Below, in pieces: positions 25,745 to 31,094 of a stretch of 31,094 nt of DNA; the first letter of the stretch is position 1; each line of letters begins with the position of its first letter. Origin of the DNA: Thecamonas trahens ATCC 50062. Its lineage: Eukaryota; Protista; Apusomonadida. The notes below the pieces were generated by a model that ran no database searches, was not told where the DNA came from, and saw only the letters and a list, made by a program, of their open reading frames with translations. The translations under genes were made by a program, and so were the position numbers. Location of the stretch: contig NW_013657666.1 in NCBI RefSeq assembly GCF_000142905.1, forward strand, positions 1 to 31,094, read 5' to 3'.

Positions 25745-27825
25745 TTACGCATACCTTGTCTGGATGTCGTTGATGAACGACGAGAGCTGGGTGCCGAGCG
25801 AGGAGATGTCGGACTTGGCCTGCGAGGCCAGGCGGGCGGCAAGGTCCGACGCCGACGGGTCGGCGCCGCCGGCGGCTGCGGCGGACGACTCGCGGCCAAA
25901 GTAGGCGTCCGAGGAGATGGCGGCAGCGCCAGAGAACTGCGAGATGCGCGTTGCATGGGCTGACGGCTCCATCTGGTCCTCGAAAAAGTCGGAGGAGGAG
26001 ATCGAAGTGGCGTTGCCGAAGCGGGCGCGAGCAATGTTGGGCGCGTTATCGACCGACGAGACCGACTTTGCGGCCTTTTTCTTGTCGTCAAACGAGGTTC
26101 GGGTGTCGGTGGTACCCATGGCCGAAATGCGCTCGAACATGAGCTTGCGGCGCTCCTCCTCCTCAGCGGCGCGGGCGGCGGCGGCGGCAGACTCGGAGAC
26201 CGAGGCCGCAGCGCCGGACGCGGCAGTGGTGGAGGTGGTCATAGAGAGGGCGGATGGGTGGCCGGCGTCGGCGGCAGCGGCCGACGACCCAAAGAGCGAC
26301 GATGAGGTCGGCGGCGGGGTGGCCGGCGGCGGAGCGGCCTTGGCCTCCTGGATGTCGTCAAACGAGGCGACAGCGACCTTCTGGGCGCCGAGCGAGGCGA
26401 CCGGGCGCGCGCCGAGGCCGCCCGCCTTGCTCGCGCCGAGCTTCTTGGCGCCGAGGCGCGAGCGGTTGCGGCGGGCGCGCGGCTTGGACCCAAGCGACGA
26501 GGCCGTCAGCAGCGACGGCTGCGCCGAGCCGGACGCTGCCGGAGCCGTGCCGATAGCGGCAAAGGCGGCCGAGCCGTCGGCCGCCGAGGCGGCCGGCGCG
26601 GTCGCGGTCGCGGTCGCGGTCGTCTCGGTCGGAAACGCTGGCACCGGTGAGGTTGTGCCCGACGCCGCCAACGACGATGCCGGCGACGGAGTCGTCGAAC
26701 CGCCGACCCGCGGCGACCAGTTGGCCTCAGAAAAGGCGGCCTCGAAAAAGTCGACCGAGTTGTTCGACGGCGCCTCGGGCGCCTCGGCCTCGGCCTTGAT
26801 TGCCGTCGTGAATGCCGACGGCAGCTTCGCCGCCTCAGCCTTGAGTGCTTCCTTGTACATCATGGCGGCGCGCGACGAGTACTTCTTCAGGTGCTTGGTC
26901 TCGTTGGCCATGCCGTGCTTGCGGAAAAACGTCGCAGCCTTCTGGTTCCCGCCCACTTGCATCATCTTCAGCTGCTTGTAGCTCCACAGATCGAGCTGCG
27001 TCGACCGCACAAACGTAAGGTGCACTCCCATGTTGCGGTGGATGGCCGAGCAGTCGATGCACAGATACACGCCAAACGTGACCGACGACCACGTCGGCGA
27101 CTTGGTGTTGCAGTCGAAGCAGACCTGCATCACCAACCACAGCGCCAACCGCAGCACATAACATCACACCAGATCGTGCCCATGATAGCAAGCAGAGGTG
27201 GTTCAGCACACACGCCCAGCCGCAAGCAGCCGCGACGCCGCCCATGACACGGCCATGGACGGCAACCGCCAAGTGTAGTCATCCACAGCATGCGATGGTC
27301 CCGCGATACCACCAATACCCCGTCCAGCACACAAACCAAAAGCCATCGAACGCGATGTGTGAGTATGGGAGGCGCTGGCAAAGTGTAGAGAGCGCGAGGA
27401 AGAGAAGATGCGGCTGACTGCGGTCCGGGAAGCCGTGGCGGGTAGGGGAGGGGGAGAGGCGGCAAATATTGTGGCGGAGGCCACCCGCGGCACTTCTATG
27501 CCCATACCGCGGCTACATGATGGTTATGCGTCGGAAAAGCGAGCGATGGTGTGGAGAAGGCATGTGGTAGTAGGGTGGTGGGGATGGGGTGGCTGTGGAT
27601 GCGCTTTGGTATACGTGGCAGTGTGTGGAAGGTCGGCTCGTTGGTGGTGCGAAGAGCGCAAAACCGAGCGACGGCGACTTGAGCCAAGTCGTCCACAGGA
27701 GGTAGTGGAGCTACCAACTACATGCAAGGAGACAGGAGTGTACGTACCTTGTTGGCAGGGTCCTGGAGAAGCTTCTTGAACACAGCTTGCGACTCTTTCA
27801 TTGTCGCCATCTCATTGTCGGACAT
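25745..27825 (-). CDS. GLO3: ArfGAP of the GLO3/ARFGAP2-3 family, 485 aa; exons 27825-27748 and 27124-25745
   Basis: [26 protein letters not shown]|[35 protein letters not shown]. Intron 27747-27125 (GTACGT...TGCAG). KKLGA motif and twin Glo3 motifs ([14 protein letters not shown]; [14 protein letters not shown]). Confidence 0.95.
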
Positions 27826-28178
27826 GATGCCGGAGCAGCACAGCGACGGGTGTGTCTCTCTCAGTCATCCGTCAATCCCTGCCAACGATGACGGCAACGA
27901 TTAATGGTGGGAGGAGGGGAGAAGGTGGGGGGAGAGGGGGGGGATGGGGATGGAACAGATGTAAGAAAGGAGGTAAAGGGTGGTGTGGTGGCTGGCGGTT
28001 GATAGTGTGTGTGGGGGAATGCGATGATGATGAGGTGTTGAGGGTGGTGCATGATCATCGTCTGCTCCCCCCTCCCCCCTCCCTCCCCTCCCCCCCCGCC
28101 CACCTCCCCCGCCCGCCCAAGTTGCGGCAAGAGCAACGCGCGAGGCGACACGCTCGTCTCACCTCCGTGTTGGAGGCT

Positions 28179-28761
28179 ATGGACTCTTCATCAGATTATG
28201 AGCTGTACTACCAGCAGGAGGTATGTAGAAGGTGGTGGTGGTGGTGGTGTGTGTGGTGGTGGTGGTGGTGGTGGTGGTGGTGGTGTGGTGGTGGGTCATT
28301 TTTGGGGTGTTCCCGGAGGTGGGTATGAGCATGGCTAGGGGCTTACACAAGTGGTGGTGCGGTGCGAGGAGGGGCAGATGAGACAGAGGTCTTCAGGAAT
28401 TATGTCTGGGTATGGTGGTGGTGCCGCCCAGTACATGGGTATGCGCCCGCCACTGTCGCCCATGAGGAGCCAAGCTCAAGCACAAGCTCAAGCACAGGCT
28501 CAAGCCCAGGCGGCCCAGGCACTGGGCTCGTCGAGAATGGCGTACACGTCGGATATGATGGCCCAGGCTCAGGCCCAGGCCCAGGCCCAAGCTCAGGCCA
28601 TGTACATTATGGGTGACTTTCCGGCGCTGGATGCTGCCACGTCGGGCGCGGGCGGCGCAACGGGGGCAGGGTCCGGAACAAGCAGCGGAGCTGGCGCAAC
28701 AGGCGCGTACGGGCAGTCGGGCCTCACGGCGGCCCAGGCAGTGCAGCAGGCTCAAGCTCAA

Positions 28762-28797
<36 letters not shown>

Positions 28798-30019
28798 CGT
28801 GCCCATGCCGAGTTCAACATGCACTCGGAGGACTTTCCGGCGCTCGGCGGCGCCGGCGGCGACGGGTCGAGCGCGCCGCAGCGGTTCTCGGCAGCGCAGA
28901 TGGCACAAGCCCATGCGCACGCGCAGGCTCAGGCTGCTGCGCAGGCGCAGGCCGCCGCCGCACACATGTCTGATANNNNNNNNNNNNNNNNNNNNNNNNN
29001 NNNNNNNNNNNNNNNNNNNNNNNNNNNNNNNNNNNNNNNNNNNNNNNNNNNNNNNNNNNNNNNNNNNNNNNNNNNNNNNNNNNNNNNNNNNNNNNNNNNN
29101 NNNNNNNNNNNNNNNNNNNNNNNNNNNNNNNNNNNNNNNNNNNNNNNNNNNNNNNNNNNNNNNNNNNNNNNNNNNNNNNNNNNNNNNNNNNNNNNNNNNN
29201 NNNNNNNNNNNNNNNNNNNNNNNNNNNNNNNNNNNNNNNNNNNNNNNNNNNNNNNNNNNNNNNNNNNNNNNNNNNNNNNNNNNNNNNNNNNNNNNNNNNN
29301 NNNNNNNNNNNNNNNNNNNNGCCGCCGCACACGCACACGCCCAGGCTCAGGCCGCCGCCGCCGCACACGCTCAGGCGGCTGCCGCCCATGCGCACGCGGC
29401 GGCGTCGCACGCACAGGGTACATCCGCTTCCTCTCGCAGCTCCGGCCAGTCAACGCTGAATGGTCGCGACGGCAAGTTTGGCCTCCTCGGCGTCCTCAAC
29501 ACTGTTCAGATGACCGACAACAAGCTGACCCTCCTTGCGCTCGGCACCAACCTCACCCAGCTCGGGCTCGACCTCAACTCGTCCGAGCCGCTCTACGCCT
29601 CGTTCGGCTCGCCATTTGCCGAGACCGGGACCGCGCGGACCGAGCCAGAGTTTGACCTCCCCTCGTGCTACTACCTCAACAACCACATCGCGCCGCCGAC
29701 TATCAAGCCGGCCCTGCTCTCGGACGAGACGCTGATGTACATCTTCTACTCGATGCCCAACGACACCGCCCAGACCACTGCCGCCATCGAGCTCACCAAG
29801 CGCGATTGGAAGTACCACAAAGAGCATCAGCTCTGGTTCCAGCGGGTGCCTAACACCGAGCTGATGAAGACCGCCACCTACGAGCGCGGCTCCTACATCT
29901 ACTTTGACGTCAACACCTTTGACCGCGTCCGCAAGGACCACTTTGTCCTGCAGTACGACCAGCTCGAGGATCGTTCCGTCCCCGCCACCGCAACCTATGT
30001 CCCCGGCGCCGACCGGTGA
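28179..30019 (+). CDS. CNOT2: CCR4-NOT subunit NOT2, interrupted by an assembly gap; exon 1 28179-28220, intron 28221-28377
   Basis: MDSSSDYELYYQQE|MRQR...; QA-rich region with two DFPAL motifs. C-terminal region: KFGLLG...LALGTNLTQLGLDLNS...LYASFGSPF...SDETLMYIFYSMP...WKYHKEHQLWF...YERGSYIYFD. Confidence 0.93.
28231..28295. repeat. (GGT)n microsatellite in the NOT2 intron
   Basis: ggtggtggt... tract; it produces the spurious poly-W and poly-G ORFs in the track. Confidence 0.9.
28976..29320. other. Assembly gap inside the NOT2 QA/HA repeat
   Basis: N run flanked by Ala/Gln/His repeat codons on both sides. Confidence 1.
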
Positions 30020-30379
30020 TTCCCTCCCCCTCCCCTTGTCCCCTCCCCCGGAAGCCACAGCCCCCTCCACGCTTGGTCCGGGCCGGGATTGATGATGATC
30101 GTCGAGAGTGAAGAAGACGAGTTGGGCGGAGGCAGAAAACCAAGCATGCAGCCTGCTGCAAGTTAGTAGCATGTAGTCAGTCTCCCATCACTCCCCCACA
30201 AGCGTAGCACATGGCCTACCAACATCAGTTCTTCAGGTCAAGCTCTCGCAAGCATCGACCGCTCGGCTGACTCGTCTGACAGAGACCAAGTCAGCGCGGC
30301 CGCCTCGCTGTCGCCCTCGCACCTCCACTCCCTACCCCCCCACACCGCGCACCATCTCTCCCCACCTCCCACCTCTGCC

Positions 30380-31094
30380 ATGTGTACGCGTATACCCATG
30401 GCTGCATACACACACTACTATTACCACCACTACCCCCCTACCCTTGCCATTGCCCCTCCCCCCCCCCCCCCCCCTCCCTTCTCCCCCTTACCGACCTTCT
30501 TTGGCACCGACTCACATATTTGTGCGAACACAACCGAACGCAACCGAACCCGTACCACCACCACCACCTCGTGGTGACTCTCCCGCTCCTCACCCCCACG
30601 TGCTTTGTCTGCCTCTGCCTCTGTGTCTGCCTCTGTGACTCTGTTCTGTGGATGTGGCGTTCGGTCTCGGTCTCGGTCTCGGTCTCGGTTCCTGTCTTCT
30701 GCTGCTGTCTGTCTCGTCGCTTTCTCGTCGTCTTGCTGCGCTGCGTCGTCGTCGGCATGACTCTCGGCGTGGTCACTCGGTCTCGGCCCTGCATGTGGTG
30801 CGGCGGTTTCTGTTGTCGACGGACTGCTGGTATGAACCCTCCACAGCCGTCCAATGGCCAACCGAGTCCGAGTCTGAACTCGAAGCCCGGGTCCGCAAGG
30901 AGCAGGAGGCCTACCGCCAAGCCATGTTCTCCACGTCTGACTCTGGGGCACCACCGGGTCTTGTCCTTCCGCACGCAGCGCCGTCGACGGCGCTGCCGTC
31001 GGCCTCGCCGTTTGCGTCGTCGCCTGCGGTCTTCTCGTCGCCGGCTGCATCAGCGCCGCCAGCCACTGGCATCCCCGGCGCTGCGCCGCCGCTC
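30380..31094 (+). CDS. 3'-partial hypothetical protein with a 4-nt first coding exon (30380-30383), intron 30384-30846, exon 2 from 30847
   Basis: gccATGT|GTACGC...CCACAG|CC gives MSVQWPTESESELEARVRKEQEAYRQAMFSTSDSGAPPGLVLP..., open to the window end. Confidence 0.7.
30605..30690. repeat. Intronic hexamer repeats (TCTGCC)n and (GGTCTC)n
   Basis: tctgcctctgcctctgtgtctgcc and tcggtctcggtctcggtctcggtctcgg. Confidence 0.8.

Noticed and set aside
30430-31050. Minus-strand ORFs with RDRD/ETET repeats
   Set aside because: They derive from intronic hexamer repeats; a spliced + strand gene explains the region better.

Overview
Gene-dense, GC-rich, intron-poor eukaryotic scaffold with two N gaps (4465-4861 and 28976-29320). 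Composition and gene content suggest a protist, possibly an apusomonad such as Thecamonas; this is inference. I resolve about 17 protein-coding genes, which include: a 5'-partial PSI-domain membrane protein, an Rrn11/TAF1A-like helical protein, a spliced 70-aa Tom6-like microprotein missed by the ORF track, SLC35B4/YEA4- and SLC35D-like nucleotide-sugar transporters, an LRR protein, an RRM/coiled-coil protein, a ~1915-aa Gly-rich protein carrying three PH domains, a secreted CocE/NonD hydrolase, an RNF14-like RWD-RBR ligase, RMT2, an ALKBH6-like dioxygenase, a GLO3-type ArfGAP, NOT2 and several hypotheticals. All seven inferred introns lie near gene 5' ends and have GTAYG donors. Four genes are broken by six single-base frameshifts at short homopolymers, most likely sequencing errors. 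Notable non-coding structure: an AT-rich island with three 16-bp repeats at exact 48-bp spacing, a 45-bp tandem repeat that multiplies a stop codon, and two perfect palindromes. No RNA genes, CRISPR arrays or mobile elements can be supported.
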